Below, piece by piece: positions 29,835 to 40,443 of a stretch of 64,000 nucleotides of DNA. A program made the translations under genes and the position numbers. How positions within the stretch are numbered: position 1 is the stretch's first letter; each line of letters starts with the position of its first letter. Origin of the DNA: an uncultured Candidatus Saccharibacteria bacterium (lineage in GTDB: Bacteria > Patescibacteriota > Saccharimonadia > Saccharimonadales > CAZNVG01); assembly GCA_964440975.1 (NCBI GenBank), contig CAYYKI010000001.1, positions 2,591 through 66,590 of the forward strand. The letters run 5' to 3'. Below the pieces are notes generated by a model. That model did no database searches. It worked only from the letters and a program-made list of their open reading frames with translations, and was not told where the DNA came from.

Positions 29835-30909
29835 TACACTTCCTTACAATCTTTGACACACGTGCAATGTCAGCCTCGGATATATCGTCAAATAGTGGCA
29901 AGCAAAGTATCGAGCTAGAAATCTTTTCAGAAATCGGACAAGCCTCATTGCTACCAGTGTAGGGGAGCGTATTAAGTGAAGGATAAAAGTATCTTCTTGG
30001 AAAAATACGTTCAGCCGTGAGTGCGTCAATGGTAGAGCGTAGCTTCTCTTCGTTTGTTAGCACGAGCGGATAATAGGCGTAGTTAGGCGTAGTGTCTTTT
30101 GCAATCTGTGGCCGCAATCCAATTCCCGATAACTCTTGGTCATATTGCTCACTTGCTATTTTACGTCGCGAAATTATCTGATCAATGTACGGCAAGTTAC
30201 ACAACCCCATGGCGGCATGAAACTCAGACGCCTTGGCATTAATGCCCAACATGAAATGTTCATCTCCGTGGTGCCCAAACCGCTTCATGAGCTCTACCCT
30301 GTCGCTTATTTTCTTATCGCGTGATATAACAGCACCACCTTCGATTGTTTGAAACAGCTTCGTAGCATGAAAGCTGCATGTAGAAACATCACCATAACTG
30401 AGTAGTGATTTGTCTTTATATGCCACACCAAATGCGTGCGCCGCGTCATATATGACTTTTAGGTTATGCCGTTTTGCGATAGCGTCAATTTTTTCTACAT
30501 CGCAAGCATTACCAAATACGTGTACAGGCATAATAGCTTTAGTATTTTCTGTAATCGCTGCTTCGATTTTATTCGGATCTAAGCAAAGAGTATTTTCGTC
30601 AATATCAACGTACACTGGTCGCAAGCCTTCCCACAATATTGCCGAGGTAGTGGCAACATAAGTGAAAGGGGTTGTTATAACCTCGCCCTGTGCCAGCCCT
30701 AGGGCTCGTAGCGACAACTGCAGAGCAACAGTACCATTCGCAACATAATGTAGGTTGGGAGTTTTTAAGTACTGGCTTACTTTTTCTTCGAATTCTTTTA
30801 GCAGCGGCCCTTGGTTGGTAAGCCAATTCTCGTTCCAGATTTTTTCTACATAGGCCTGATATTCTGCAATTGGCGGCAGAAATGTCTTGGTGACGTAGAG
30901 ATCACCCAC
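29827..30909 (-). CDS. DegT/DnrJ family sugar aminotransferase (VioA-like)
   Basis: WLTNQGP, IYDAAHAFG, SFHATKLF, RRYFYPSL. Confidence 0.92.
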   Translation of the reverse strand: MGDLYVTKTFLPPIAEYQAYVEKIWNENWLTNQGPLLKEFEEKVSQYLKTPNLHYVANGTVALQLSLRALGLAQGEVITTPFTYVATTSAILWEGLRPVYVDIDENTLCLDPNKIEAAITENTKAIMPVHVFGNACDVEKIDAIAKRHNLKVIYDAAHAFGVAYKDKSLLSYGDVSTCSFHATKLFQTIEGGAVISRDKKISDRVELMKRFGHHGDEHFMLGINAKASEFHAAMGLCNLPYIDQIISRRKIASEQYDQELSGIGLRPQIAKDTTPNYAYYPLVLTNEEKLRSTIDALTAERIFPRRYFYPSLNTLPYTGSNEACPISEKISSSILCLPLFDDISEADIARVSKIVRKCNA

Positions 30910-31024
30910 AGAGTGCCCCAGTGAACATGTCTTGATTCATCCTTTTGATTCTACAAGATACAGAGGTAAACATAAACTGTCCAGTTAAGATCTGTCACTT
31001 GCCGGTTACAACTGATAGAATGAT

Positions 31025-32272
31025 GTGGTGAAAAAAGGCACAAAACGACTTATCGTTTTTTTGCTACCACCAAAGAAGACAATCAATGGCGGTATTCTGT
31101 CCATCTATTCAATATGCCAAGTAAGCCGACAGTTTGAATCAACGCATCATGCGAAAGTTATTCTCGCGACATACCCTGGCTACAAAAGCTATGGCCATAA
31201 CGATCTTTTCGAGAATCAAGAGTCTATAAAATCTTTCAGGGAAATAGTAGAAGCGGGCCCATATGATTTTCTTATGCTGCATATCCCGGAATACGCATCC
31301 AATGAGGTATTTGATAATCTACAGAAATATAATGATTTCTTGCAATCCGTACCCGATCTACGAATAAATATCATGAACCAGAATATATTAATGATGCCTA
31401 AACCTACTGATATAGCGCGATGGTTTGAGCTTACCCCACGCGTTACACAAACAACCGCACACGACAAATACAGCACGGCCGATTTTGCTAATAAGTACGG
31501 CCTACCAACCCATCATCTTTCAACTTTTGTCCATGAAGGCCTATATAAAAAGCTTTCGTTCGATGAGAAGGAGGATCTTATCGTCGTATCACCAGATGAG
31601 CACCCTAAACGAAAGGCCATACTACTACTGCTGGAACGTGAGTACCCAGATTTTCGTTTTGTGACTATTAAGAATATGCGCTACGAAACCTACAAGGATC
31701 TGATGGCAAAAGCTAAGTTTGCCATAACTTTTGGTGAAGGTTTTGACGGATATTTTGTTGAGGGTTTTTTTAGCCATGGCGTAACTTTCGCTGTATACAA
31801 CGATGACTTTTTCCCAAGTGCTGAATTCAAATCACTCGCTAACGTATTCCGCACTTACACGGAAATGCAGGAAAACATTGCATTAAAAATTAAGGAGTTA
31901 CAGGATCGCGAATCTTACATGAGGTTAGTCGATGCCAACCTAGTCATAATTAACAGATTCTATAATTTTAAGACTTACATGGGGAAAGTTGGTGATTTTT
32001 ATAAAGATAAGTTATCTGTACTTCCAGAAAGTGCTGCGTTCCCTCCTATCATCGGAAACATATTGGTCGAAAAAAATAAACGAATTGAGGAATTAGAGAA
32101 ACAGCTTACTGCTAAGCACAACGAGGTCCTCGAAGTGGGCAAGGAAGTACTTGATCGTACGCGTGAGCTTCACGCAAAGCACGACGAGTTGCAGGATGTT
32201 CTTAATTCAAAGAGTTGGAAAATTACTAAGCCGCTGAGAGATATTTCAGCGATTCGAAAGCCTAAGGCTTGA
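31025..32272 (+). CDS. Glycosyltransferase-like protein with C-terminal coiled coil
   Basis: INGGILSI and FGEGFDGYFVE; the coiled coil ends in SKSWKITKPLR, typical of glycan chain-terminator/ruler proteins. Confidence 0.6.
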   Translation: MVKKGTKRLIVFLLPPKKTINGGILSIYSICQVSRQFESTHHAKVILATYPGYKSYGHNDLFENQESIKSFREIVEAGPYDFLMLHIPEYASNEVFDNLQKYNDFLQSVPDLRINIMNQNILMMPKPTDIARWFELTPRVTQTTAHDKYSTADFANKYGLPTHHLSTFVHEGLYKKLSFDEKEDLIVVSPDEHPKRKAILLLLEREYPDFRFVTIKNMRYETYKDLMAKAKFAITFGEGFDGYFVEGFFSHGVTFAVYNDDFFPSAEFKSLANVFRTYTEMQENIALKIKELQDRESYMRLVDANLVIINRFYNFKTYMGKVGDFYKDKLSVLPESAAFPPIIGNILVEKNKRIEELEKQLTAKHNEVLEVGKEVLDRTRELHAKHDELQDVLNSKSWKITKPLRDISAIRKPKA

Positions 32273-33488
32273 CCGGCTTCTTGCGAGCACGCCAATCGCC
32301 CTGAATATAGAATACGCCATCCTGATAACCTGTTGTGTTTATAATATTAAACTTAGGCATATCAACCCCATAATTTTTATCTATAACATCGATTAGATCA
32401 GGAACGTCGTCCATTGTATACACACTGAGCCCCATGTAATATTTGCCTTTTATAAGCTGCCCGGACCGTATCGTGCAGGTTAGAGTATGCTCGCCCTTAG
32501 CTGGTGTATATTGTTTGAGATCATGTGTGGAATTTACGCCAGCCAAATACTCTCCGTCCGCATTTAAGAAAAATAGATTTATCTGCACCTCAGCTGGCTT
32601 TCGCACACTTAGGTTTATTGTGGCAACAAGGTCTTCATCGACCGTATAGTTAGCGTCCTTACTTGCGCTTGGTTTTAGTGTCAACTCTTCTATTCGTATT
32701 GCCGGTTTCGTCGGTCTACGCAACTCCCCGTCATCTTCTTTAGTGCTGTTAGCAGAATTTGCAGCTTCGTAACGCAATGCAATTTTACGAGGTTCGCCAA
32801 TTTCTACAACCTCGGAATCTTGGATCATCATGGCACGATCACAAAATTCTTGGACTATGCTCATGTCGTGTGTAACAAATATGACTGTTTTACCGCTATC
32901 TTTTATTTGTCTGAACGTCTGGAAGCACTTGCGTTGAAAATTAGTATCACCAACCGCAAGCACTTCATCGATGAGTAGTATGTCGTTGTGCGCTTGGATG
33001 GCAATCGAAAAAGCAAGCCTAACCTGCATGCCGGATGAGTAATTCTTAAGCTTCTGATCCATGAATTTTTCGAGCTCCGAAAATGCCACTATCTCGTTAT
33101 ACTTCTGCTCGACTTCTTTGCGCGTTAAGCCAAGGATCGCCCCGTTCAAAAATACATTCTCACGACCAGTAAGCTCGGGATTAAACCCTATACCAAGCTC
33201 TATAAACGGAGTCAATGTTCCGTTTACTATTATTTCACCTGCAGTTGGTTGATATATCCCACCGATTAGTTTGAGTAGGGTGCTTTTTCCGCTCCCATTA
33301 CGACCAACTATTCCAAAGAATTCGCCCTTTTTAACATCAACGTTGATATCCCGAAGCGCATGGAACTTTTCATAGCTAATTTTTTTGCGCCAATTCAACG
33401 CAAGTTCTTTCAGTGAGTTGCGGCGTTCATGTGGCAATTTAAAGTCTTTATATACGTTGCGTATTGTTAGCGCTACCTCATCTTGCAT
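32262..33488 (-). CDS. wzt: Polysaccharide ABC transporter ATP-binding subunit with Wzt_C domain
   Basis: GRNGSGKST, GFNPELTGRENV, YSSGMQVRLAF, DEVLAVGD. Confidence 0.92.
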   Translation of the reverse strand: MQDEVALTIRNVYKDFKLPHERRNSLKELALNWRKKISYEKFHALRDINVDVKKGEFFGIVGRNGSGKSTLLKLIGGIYQPTAGEIIVNGTLTPFIELGIGFNPELTGRENVFLNGAILGLTRKEVEQKYNEIVAFSELEKFMDQKLKNYSSGMQVRLAFSIAIQAHNDILLIDEVLAVGDTNFQRKCFQTFRQIKDSGKTVIFVTHDMSIVQEFCDRAMMIQDSEVVEIGEPRKIALRYEAANSANSTKEDDGELRRPTKPAIRIEELTLKPSASKDANYTVDEDLVATINLSVRKPAEVQINLFFLNADGEYLAGVNSTHDLKQYTPAKGEHTLTCTIRSGQLIKGKYYMGLSVYTMDDVPDLIDVIDKNYGVDMPKFNIINTTGYQDGVFYIQGDWRARKKPVKP

Positions 33489-34295
33489 CTAAAGTTCCTC
33501 CGCAAAGTACTTGGAATGACGTCTAAAATAAAGCCCAGCCACAACTAGCAGAACCAACACGACCGCTACCGAAACAATTCGAGCCAACTGGCTATTGAAT
33601 ATTTCTACTGTTGTAACGGTGGCTGGTGTAATGAGAACAGAACGAGCATCTTGGATGATTTGCATCACAGGGTTCAAAGCCAGTATTTTAGCGTACTTTG
33701 GCGACACTCGATCCATAGTATATATAATTGGCGTTGCATAGAACATGAGTTGCAGTACCACATCCCATATGTGGCTAAGATCTCGAAAACGCACGTATAG
33801 TGCCGATAAGAGGAATGAGATACCCAAGCATAGGAGAATTAATTCTCCTAGAATGAACGGTAGTAGGATTGCATTTGGCTGCAACTCCACATGCCCAATG
33901 AACATAAAGATAGCCACTATCACCATGTTGAGACACAGGTTGACGAACGCAGATATTGTAGTGCTTACAACGATGACATACTTGGGGATGCTCACTTTAC
34001 GTACCATATCTCCACGGCCAGTGATCGCGTTGAGCCCGGATATGGTTGACTCAACAAAAAAAGTCCACATCACCAACCCGAGTAACAGGTAGGTAGGATA
34101 GTTTGGAATACTTTGACCAAGCGGGAATACTACTGTAAAAACCACATACAAAACACCAAATAACATAAGTGGTCTAAGTAGCGACCATAGGTAACCCAGT
34201 ACTGAGTTTTGGTATCGCAACCGAAAGTCACTAACAACAAGCTCACGGATTAAGCTCCGATTACTTGGCTTAAACAGTCTGCGCATTCCGTCCAT
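33489..34295 (-). CDS. wzm: Polysaccharide ABC transporter permease
   Basis: LRYQNSVLGYLWSLLRPL, FYATPIIY, LNP. Confidence 0.92.
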   Translation of the reverse strand: MDGMRRLFKPSNRSLIRELVVSDFRLRYQNSVLGYLWSLLRPLMLFGVLYVVFTVVFPLGQSIPNYPTYLLLGLVMWTFFVESTISGLNAITGRGDMVRKVSIPKYVIVVSTTISAFVNLCLNMVIVAIFMFIGHVELQPNAILLPFILGELILLCLGISFLLSALYVRFRDLSHIWDVVLQLMFYATPIIYTMDRVSPKYAKILALNPVMQIIQDARSVLITPATVTTVEIFNSQLARIVSVAVVLVLLVVAGLYFRRHSKYFAEEL

Positions 34296-36349
34296 TATTC
34301 TGCAATCCTTTTGTAAAACGACTCTACTTTATTCATTACCACGTCCCATCGATATTGTTGCGCAGTTTTTAGTCCTTCTTTTGATAGTGTGTTGCGTAAC
34401 TTCTCGTCGCTAAGTAAACGCTCTATCGCGGCGCTTAAGGCTGGCACATCATCATGCTCTACTATAAGGCAATTCTTCATATCATGACAGAAGTCTCGAT
34501 TGCCATGTGCGTCCGTGCAAATCACAGGGCACCCTGCAGCCATAGCTTCTAGTATTGGCAGGCTAAAGCCTTCATGCCTTGATGTTTGCACAAAGACCGT
34601 TGCCTGGTTATAGAGCTTATTAACTTCTTCGTTGCTGGGTTTTTCTGAGTAGGTAATTCTGCTGTCCATACGCTCCATGTCGGGCTCAACACCAAATAGC
34701 CACATATCTGGACGCTTATCGCCGAGTTTCCTCCAGGCCTTAAAGGTCATTGCAAAGTTCTTTTGAAAGAAACGACGCCCAACCCCAAGTAGGACGTTAT
34801 CCAATCTCTTCACATTTGGAAGCAGTTTATACGTAGCCGCATCGTATCCACAGGGAATCGCTGTTGCCTGTAACCCAATGGCTCTAATCTCTTCTAGGTT
34901 ATATTGCGATGTAGTCATGTTTATAAATTCTTTACGATAGCAGGAAACTACCGTCGATTGTGCAATGATATCGTCTGGATAGAACCATGATTCAAACTCT
35001 TGGATAAAGTACACTGGAACCCCAACTCTGATTGAAGATAACCAAACCGGGAATGCAGTCTCCCACCACGTTGCCACCTTTATGGCCTCTTGTGTTTCAA
35101 GTTCCTTCGTCATAACTTCATAATTTTTGAATGTTCTGATTTTTACCTTCGGATCAATATCCCATGGCGTCCCATGCCAATCCATTCCCCAAATTTCAAT
35201 CGCAAAGCCTTTGCGTTGTGCTAAGCGAGTGGCATGCTCAAAAACAATCTTTATGCCCCCGCTCATTCCCATTGTTTGAAGCACGAATATTATTCTTATG
35301 TTTCCTTCTTTGTCGTGCACATTGCGCCCATCAAACCATGTGCCCCATTTTTTCCAAAAGTACTCAAGAGACTGTTTTTCTTTTGGACCTAGAGTGGTGT
35401 TTTTTGGTCGAGTCGCTGACTCCACATGGGTGAGTGTCGCTGAGGGGAAATACAACGAACGATAGCCAGCCTCCCACGCTCTAATACACCAATCCATATC
35501 TTCAAAGGCAAACTGAAACTTGTCATCAAGTGGACCGATTGTGTCCAGGCAAGCGCGCGTTATGTACATACAAGCCCCTGTAACACCAATGCAATACTGT
35601 GGAATATTAGCTGGACCATAATTAGCGGGTTGAAAACGATAGTAGTGGTCAAACCATTCTGGAGACTCAGTGTTTCGATGGCTACCCGCACTCTGAATGC
35701 GACCATCCGGATATAAGAGTTTGGGACCTACTATGCCTGTATCCTTGCCAAACTTATATGCACCATATTGTAGCGCCGCCAACCAACCTTCATGGGCCAC
35801 AGTGTCGCTATTCAGCAAGACAATGTCGTGTTTTGTATTAGCGCTTCTGAGGCCGCTATTTACTGCCTTAGCAAAACCCCCGTTTTGTTTTCGGTATATA
35901 ACTGTCGTTACTTCACTCTCAAGCGTTTCGAGTTTCTTCTTGTTTTCTGGTTGGCAGTAATCATCAACGATGAAGATATGTATATTATTTGCGTCTGTAG
36001 TAGCTAATATACTTTCGACACATGGTTTTAATAACTCAAAGTCATTGTAGCTGGGTATAACAATGTCGACGGGCTTCGCATGCTTACCATACCAGTCTTC
36101 AATCGCACCAGACTTCACGCCAGTTACAAGTCCATTAGGGAATACTAGGTTGCTGCCCAGACTCTTATCGATACTGATCAATTCTTGTTTTACTTTTTGA
36201 ATAAAGCCTTTTGCGCCGTAGCGTTTTGCATACGAAGCAGCTCGACTAACAAGTTTATGTGGTGGTTGATTTTTGTATCTAATCTGTCCCTTAGCTGCTT
36301 TAACAGCTATTTTTTTGGTAACTCTAAGTAGTGTTTTAACTTTTCTCAT
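34295..36349 (-). CDS. Bifunctional GT2 + GT4 glycosyltransferase
   Basis: IVIPSYN, GFAKAVN and LLNSDT (GT2); EGFSLPILEAMAAGCP (GT4). Confidence 0.9.
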   Translation of the reverse strand: MRKVKTLLRVTKKIAVKAAKGQIRYKNQPPHKLVSRAASYAKRYGAKGFIQKVKQELISIDKSLGSNLVFPNGLVTGVKSGAIEDWYGKHAKPVDIVIPSYNDFELLKPCVESILATTDANNIHIFIVDDYCQPENKKKLETLESEVTTVIYRKQNGGFAKAVNSGLRSANTKHDIVLLNSDTVAHEGWLAALQYGAYKFGKDTGIVGPKLLYPDGRIQSAGSHRNTESPEWFDHYYRFQPANYGPANIPQYCIGVTGACMYITRACLDTIGPLDDKFQFAFEDMDWCIRAWEAGYRSLYFPSATLTHVESATRPKNTTLGPKEKQSLEYFWKKWGTWFDGRNVHDKEGNIRIIFVLQTMGMSGGIKIVFEHATRLAQRKGFAIEIWGMDWHGTPWDIDPKVKIRTFKNYEVMTKELETQEAIKVATWWETAFPVWLSSIRVGVPVYFIQEFESWFYPDDIIAQSTVVSCYRKEFINMTTSQYNLEEIRAIGLQATAIPCGYDAATYKLLPNVKRLDNVLLGVGRRFFQKNFAMTFKAWRKLGDKRPDMWLFGVEPDMERMDSRITYSEKPSNEEVNKLYNQATVFVQTSRHEGFSLPILEAMAAGCPVICTDAHGNRDFCHDMKNCLIVEHDDVPALSAAIERLLSDEKLRNTLSKEGLKTAQQYRWDVVMNKVESFYKRIAE

Positions 36350-36386
36350 TGTTGTGCCAACGTAGGTTTAACTATACCATAATCTT

Positions 36387-37481
36387 ATGCGGATTACTGT
36401 TGACGCACGCGAATTGCGAACTACAAGCGGTCGCTATGTAGAGCGTCTACTGCATTACCTACAAAAGATCGACACGACTAATCATTACACCATTCTGCTT
36501 AAACCACCAGATATGGAGGGATGGCAGCCGAGCAATCCACACTTTAACGTCATCGCTGCTCCACAAAAAGAATTCACGTTTGCAGAACAGTTCAGCTTCA
36601 TGTCATTAATACGCTCAACGAACCCTGACCTAGTCTTTTTCCCGTTTGCTCAGCAGCCAGTGCTGTATCGCGGGAGAGTTGTCACAACAATCCAAGACCT
36701 TACGGCACTTCGATTCAACAACCCAAGTAAAAACCCAGTGCTTTTTAAGGTTAAGCAGGTGGTCTACGGCTTAGTTGTCAAGCGAGTCGCCCGACGGTCA
36801 TCCACAATCATTACACCTAGCCAGTTTGTGAAGGACGATGTTGTTGCCTACGCGGGCATTGATCCAAACAATGTAGTTGTCACACTGGAATCTGCCGATC
36901 CGATAACCCATAAAGCTGAGCCAGTTTCAGCTGTCAAAAATGCTAAGTATATTATGTATGTGGGCAGACCACAGCCGCATAAAAATCTTAGTCGACTCAT
37001 AGATGCGTTTGCACTATTACAAAAAACACATCCTGACTTAAAGCTAGTGTTGGCTGGTAAAAAAGATGTGTTATTTGATGCACACGAAGCCGACGTGCAA
37101 AAAAGAAAACTAAGTGGCGTTATATTTACTGGGTTTGTAAGCGAGGGCCAACTACGGTGGCTATACGAACATACGCAGGCGTATGTTTTCCCGAGTCTCA
37201 GTGAAGGTTTTGGGTTGCCTGGTTTAGAAGCTGCTTTGTGTGGTGCGCCGGTTGTTGCCAGTAACGCGAGTTGTTTGCCAGAGGTATATGGCGAGGGCGC
37301 ATATTATTTTGACCCGCTTGATCCTCAAGATATCGCGGACAAAGTGGGTCATATACTCGATGATCCAAAGTTGCGCACCCACTATGTAGCGGCGGGCAAA
37401 AAGCAAGCCGCGAAGTATTCATGGGAACGAATGGCAAAACAAACCCTAGCAGTGTTCGAGGCAGCTCTCAAAAAACCCTGA
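36387..37481 (+). CDS. GT4 glycosyltransferase (mannosyltransferase-like)
   Basis: PHKNL and FPSLSEGFGLPGLEA. Confidence 0.9.
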   Translation: MRITVDARELRTTSGRYVERLLHYLQKIDTTNHYTILLKPPDMEGWQPSNPHFNVIAAPQKEFTFAEQFSFMSLIRSTNPDLVFFPFAQQPVLYRGRVVTTIQDLTALRFNNPSKNPVLFKVKQVVYGLVVKRVARRSSTIITPSQFVKDDVVAYAGIDPNNVVVTLESADPITHKAEPVSAVKNAKYIMYVGRPQPHKNLSRLIDAFALLQKTHPDLKLVLAGKKDVLFDAHEADVQKRKLSGVIFTGFVSEGQLRWLYEHTQAYVFPSLSEGFGLPGLEAALCGAPVVASNASCLPEVYGEGAYYFDPLDPQDIADKVGHILDDPKLRTHYVAAGKKQAAKYSWERMAKQTLAVFEAALKKP

Positions 37482-37493
37482 GTACTAGTTGGG

Positions 37494-38003
37494 TTACTCT
37501 GACTCTTCGTCGATTTCATTGTCTGTTGTTGCCTGACCATCATTGTCTTTAACGGCAATGTGTATGACAACGTGTCGATCGCGACCTTCGCCCTCTGATG
37601 CGCTCTGCACACTACCACTATCGGCGATTGCCTTATGGACAACCCTTCGATCAGCCGCGTTCATCGGGTTGAGGTGGCGAGACTTACCACTCTTGATTAC
37701 TTCTTGAATCCACTCATTCACTTGCTCAATAAGCCGCTCTTGACGCTGCTTCTTGTAATCTGCGATGTCCAGGTTAACGCGGTAGGTAGCATACCCTTGC
37801 TGACGAAGTGCTGTGCTGACCATAAACTGCAGGGCCCGCATGGTCTCTCCGCGCTGTCCAATCAAAAAGCCGTTTAAGTAGGTGGAGGGGATGGACAGCT
37901 CAATCACATCGTCCTCGTGTGTTGCGTATACGTCGGTATTTAGACCAAAGAATGACAATAGGTCTTCGATATATTTTTTAGCATAGGCGATTGCTTCTTC
38001 CAT
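37494..38003 (-). CDS. jag: Jag/EloR (KhpB)-like KH + R3H RNA-binding protein
   Basis: LIGQRGETMRALQ (KH) and MNAADRRVVH (R3H); downstream of yidC. Confidence 0.88.
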   Translation of the reverse strand: MEEAIAYAKKYIEDLLSFFGLNTDVYATHEDDVIELSIPSTYLNGFLIGQRGETMRALQFMVSTALRQQGYATYRVNLDIADYKKQRQERLIEQVNEWIQEVIKSGKSRHLNPMNAADRRVVHKAIADSGSVQSASEGEGRDRHVVIHIAVKDNDGQATTDNEIDEESE

Positions 38004-38011
38004 GACACCCC

Positions 38012-38920
38012 CTAGCGTCGTTTCTTTTTAGTACTCTTCTTATTCTTCGGGGTGGTTTTGGTTGTTTTTTTAGGTTGCGTGATGGTTACTTTGCTGCCGT
38101 CTTCTGCGGCGGTGATAAGCTCTTCTTCGTCTTGTCCCAATATGCGACTTTGTTGGTAGTAAGCCACTACTCCGCTCACTAACCAGTAGAGTGGTAGGGC
38201 CGATGGAAGTCCTACCGAGATAAGCAGGATTAAACCGGGAATTAACAGGAGTGTAAATTTGCTAACTGCTGCGTTCATTTCGGCTTGGTCTGCTTGTTTG
38301 CCAGCCGCGCTTTCCTTTAGAATTTCGCGCACTGTTTTAGCCTTACCCTGGTCTGGCATAAGCTGCTTAGATTGGAAGTATTGCACTACCGCACTGCCGG
38401 CAGCAATGAGTAGCGCCGGGAAGTAATAGGCGCCATCAGTCATGGCGGCGCGTTTAAGATCTATACCTATAAAGTTATAGCTAAACTTACCCATATCTCC
38501 AGCCAACTCTTTAAGATAGCCGGTGTTTTTAAGAGGTTCATAAGCATACTTAATGATGTTGTTTGGGTCGTCGATGACACGCCGTAACCCAATGTATAGT
38601 CCAATGAGAATAGGTAGCTGCACGAGTACAATTCCTAGCGAAGAAAATGGACTGATCTCACGTTCTTTGTACAGCGCCATTGTGAGCTGAGCTTCTTTTT
38701 GTCGGTCCCCTTTGGCTTCTTTTTTAATACGCTTCAGCTCGGGTTGTAGCTGGCGCATCGCCTTGGTGTGATGCAGCTGCTTTTTAAGCAGTGGCCACAG
38801 TAAGATACGGACTATGATCGTAAAGATAATGATTGACACACCGAGGTTATGCCCAGGAACAAAACTCTGGATAAAAATGAGTATGTTAAGGATAGGGATA
38901 ACGATAAAGTTCTCAAACAT
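38012..38920 (-). CDS. yidC: Membrane protein insertase YidC
   Basis: IIIFTIIVRILLWPL, LQPELKRI, VQLPILIGLY, LPSALPLYW. Confidence 0.93.
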   Translation of the reverse strand: MFENFIVIPILNILIFIQSFVPGHNLGVSIIIFTIIVRILLWPLLKKQLHHTKAMRQLQPELKRIKKEAKGDRQKEAQLTMALYKEREISPFSSLGIVLVQLPILIGLYIGLRRVIDDPNNIIKYAYEPLKNTGYLKELAGDMGKFSYNFIGIDLKRAAMTDGAYYFPALLIAAGSAVVQYFQSKQLMPDQGKAKTVREILKESAAGKQADQAEMNAAVSKFTLLLIPGLILLISVGLPSALPLYWLVSGVVAYYQQSRILGQDEEELITAAEDGSKVTITQPKKTTKTTPKNKKSTKKKRR

Positions 38921-38955
38921 CAGGAGCAATCATACCATAATTTGCTGGAGTTGCG

Positions 38956-39630
38956 CTAGCTTTGAAGCCAAGGTTGCAACAGCTTAGCTTCACGCTCCGA
39001 TACGCCATCGCTCATGATAGCTTCAACACCAATTCGAACGCTTTGACAATACGGTTCGTCGTTGTTGCCATAATAGCCATGGTTAAGCCACTTCTTATTA
39101 AGTGTTCGTGCCATACCCCCACCAAGCTCAACAGCTCCTGAAAGCATTAAATCGCCTACGAACGATGGCAAGCCATTCTGATCGTTTATATATGGACTAC
39201 TGACCTCGAATTGCCAGGCTCCGGTATCAACTTCTTCGGTTGGCAGAAAGCAGCCAACGCCGGTAAGCCCACGAGCACCGGTTGCACCACCCAGTGCGTC
39301 ACTCACCCAACGACCATCCTGATACGTACCTATTAAATCGCCAGGCTTTGCTTTGTTCAGCTCATCAACGAGTTGCTTGTGGTGTTTAAGCGCTTTGTCT
39401 GTTTGACCCTGCACCGTATACATAGCGGCTATATATAGTTCAACGTCTTTAGTAACACCACGCATGGTGTCGACTATAAGAGAGGCTGCTTCAACCGAAA
39501 GCTCTAGTTGGCGTTGGGGCTGGTTTTCACCAATCTGGCGAGCACGTTCTATGAATTCTTGGCCGATAGTAGGGGTAGGTTGTGTTGTCATAGCCCGATT
39601 ATTGCCTTGACGGCCATTGTTTGCAAGCAT
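38956..39630 (-). CDS. Hypothetical protein
   Basis: 224-aa ORF filling the rnpA-yidC gap (start may be 39591); no recognisable motif. Confidence 0.6.
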   Translation of the reverse strand: MLANNGRQGNNRAMTTQPTPTIGQEFIERARQIGENQPQRQLELSVEAASLIVDTMRGVTKDVELYIAAMYTVQGQTDKALKHHKQLVDELNKAKPGDLIGTYQDGRWVSDALGGATGARGLTGVGCFLPTEEVDTGAWQFEVSSPYINDQNGLPSFVGDLMLSGAVELGGGMARTLNKKWLNHGYYGNNDEPYCQSVRIGVEAIMSDGVSEREAKLLQPWLQS

Positions 39631-39650
39631 GACCGAATTATTGCATGGTC

Positions 39651-39998
39651 TTATTTGGTCACGCCGCCACGTTTAAGTAGTGTGGTGATAAGCTTTTTTA
39701 ATTCCTTGGTGGGCATGTCGGCGGCCTGCCGATCATACACGATGATAGCAAAGTCTTGGTTTGGACCTATATGTTCGGCTTGCAGTCGGACAATTTCGTA
39801 AATACGACGCCTGATACGGTTACGTTCAGGTGAGTTTTTAGCTACCTTTTTTGCCACAATCACCGAACACCGCCACTTAGGTCGCCGAGGATTGGGTGTA
39901 ACTCGCAAACTAACGAAGAACATCCTCGTAGTTTGTCCACGACGAAATAGGTAGTTCAAGCTACCATAGCCATGGAAGCGATGGGTACGAGTAAGCAT
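39651..39998 (-). CDS. rnpA: Ribonuclease P protein component
   Basis: VAKKVAKNSPERNRIRRRIYE (RNR motif); downstream of rpmH. Confidence 0.93.
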   Translation of the reverse strand: MLTRTHRFHGYGSLNYLFRRGQTTRMFFVSLRVTPNPRRPKWRCSVIVAKKVAKNSPERNRIRRRIYEIVRLQAEHIGPNQDFAIIVYDRQAADMPTKELKKLITTLLKRGGVTK

Positions 39999-40011
39999 GT
40001 ATGTCAGCGGT

Positions 40012-40149
40012 TTAGTGGCTAAGACGCACGCGGCCTTTTAGGCGACGAGCTTTCAGCACCGCACGACCACCAGCGCTAGCCATTCGAGCACGAAAACCAT
40101 GTTCGCGCTTTCGTTGTTTAACTTTTGGTTGATACGTTCGTTTCGGCAT
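40012..40149 (-). CDS. rpmH: 50S ribosomal protein L34
   Basis: Manual translation: [45 protein letters not shown]. Confidence 0.96.
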   Translation of the reverse strand: MPKRTYQPKVKQRKREHGFRARMASAGGRAVLKARRLKGRVRLSH

Positions 40150-40199
40150 TGCGATAATCCTACCAGATAATTACCCCTAAAATCAAGCCACTCGACTAC

Positions 40200-40345
40200 G
40201 GCTAAACAACATTGTCAAGAGTAAGTTATCCACACAACCCCTACTGTTATCCACAGTTTAACAGGGGTGGGCTTGTTTTGTGCATAACTATCCATCTGTT
40301 GGACTTTGCGGCAAAAATCATGAAAAATCATGTGGAAAAGTAATA
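40200..40345. promoter_or_regulatory. DnaA-box cluster upstream of dnaA (oriC part 1 / dnaA autoregulation)
   Basis: Perfect TTATCCACA at 40226-40234 and 40247-40255; reverse boxes TGTGCATAA (~40280) and TGTGGAAAA (~40331). Confidence 0.8.
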
Positions 40346-40443
40346 CAATAGTCAGGTACTATAGGGGTACTAAGTCAGGAGGGTTAGTCACCAAGCCTCA
40401 TACGCAGTGGTGATTGGCAGGGTATAAAACATGGGGTTTCTTT

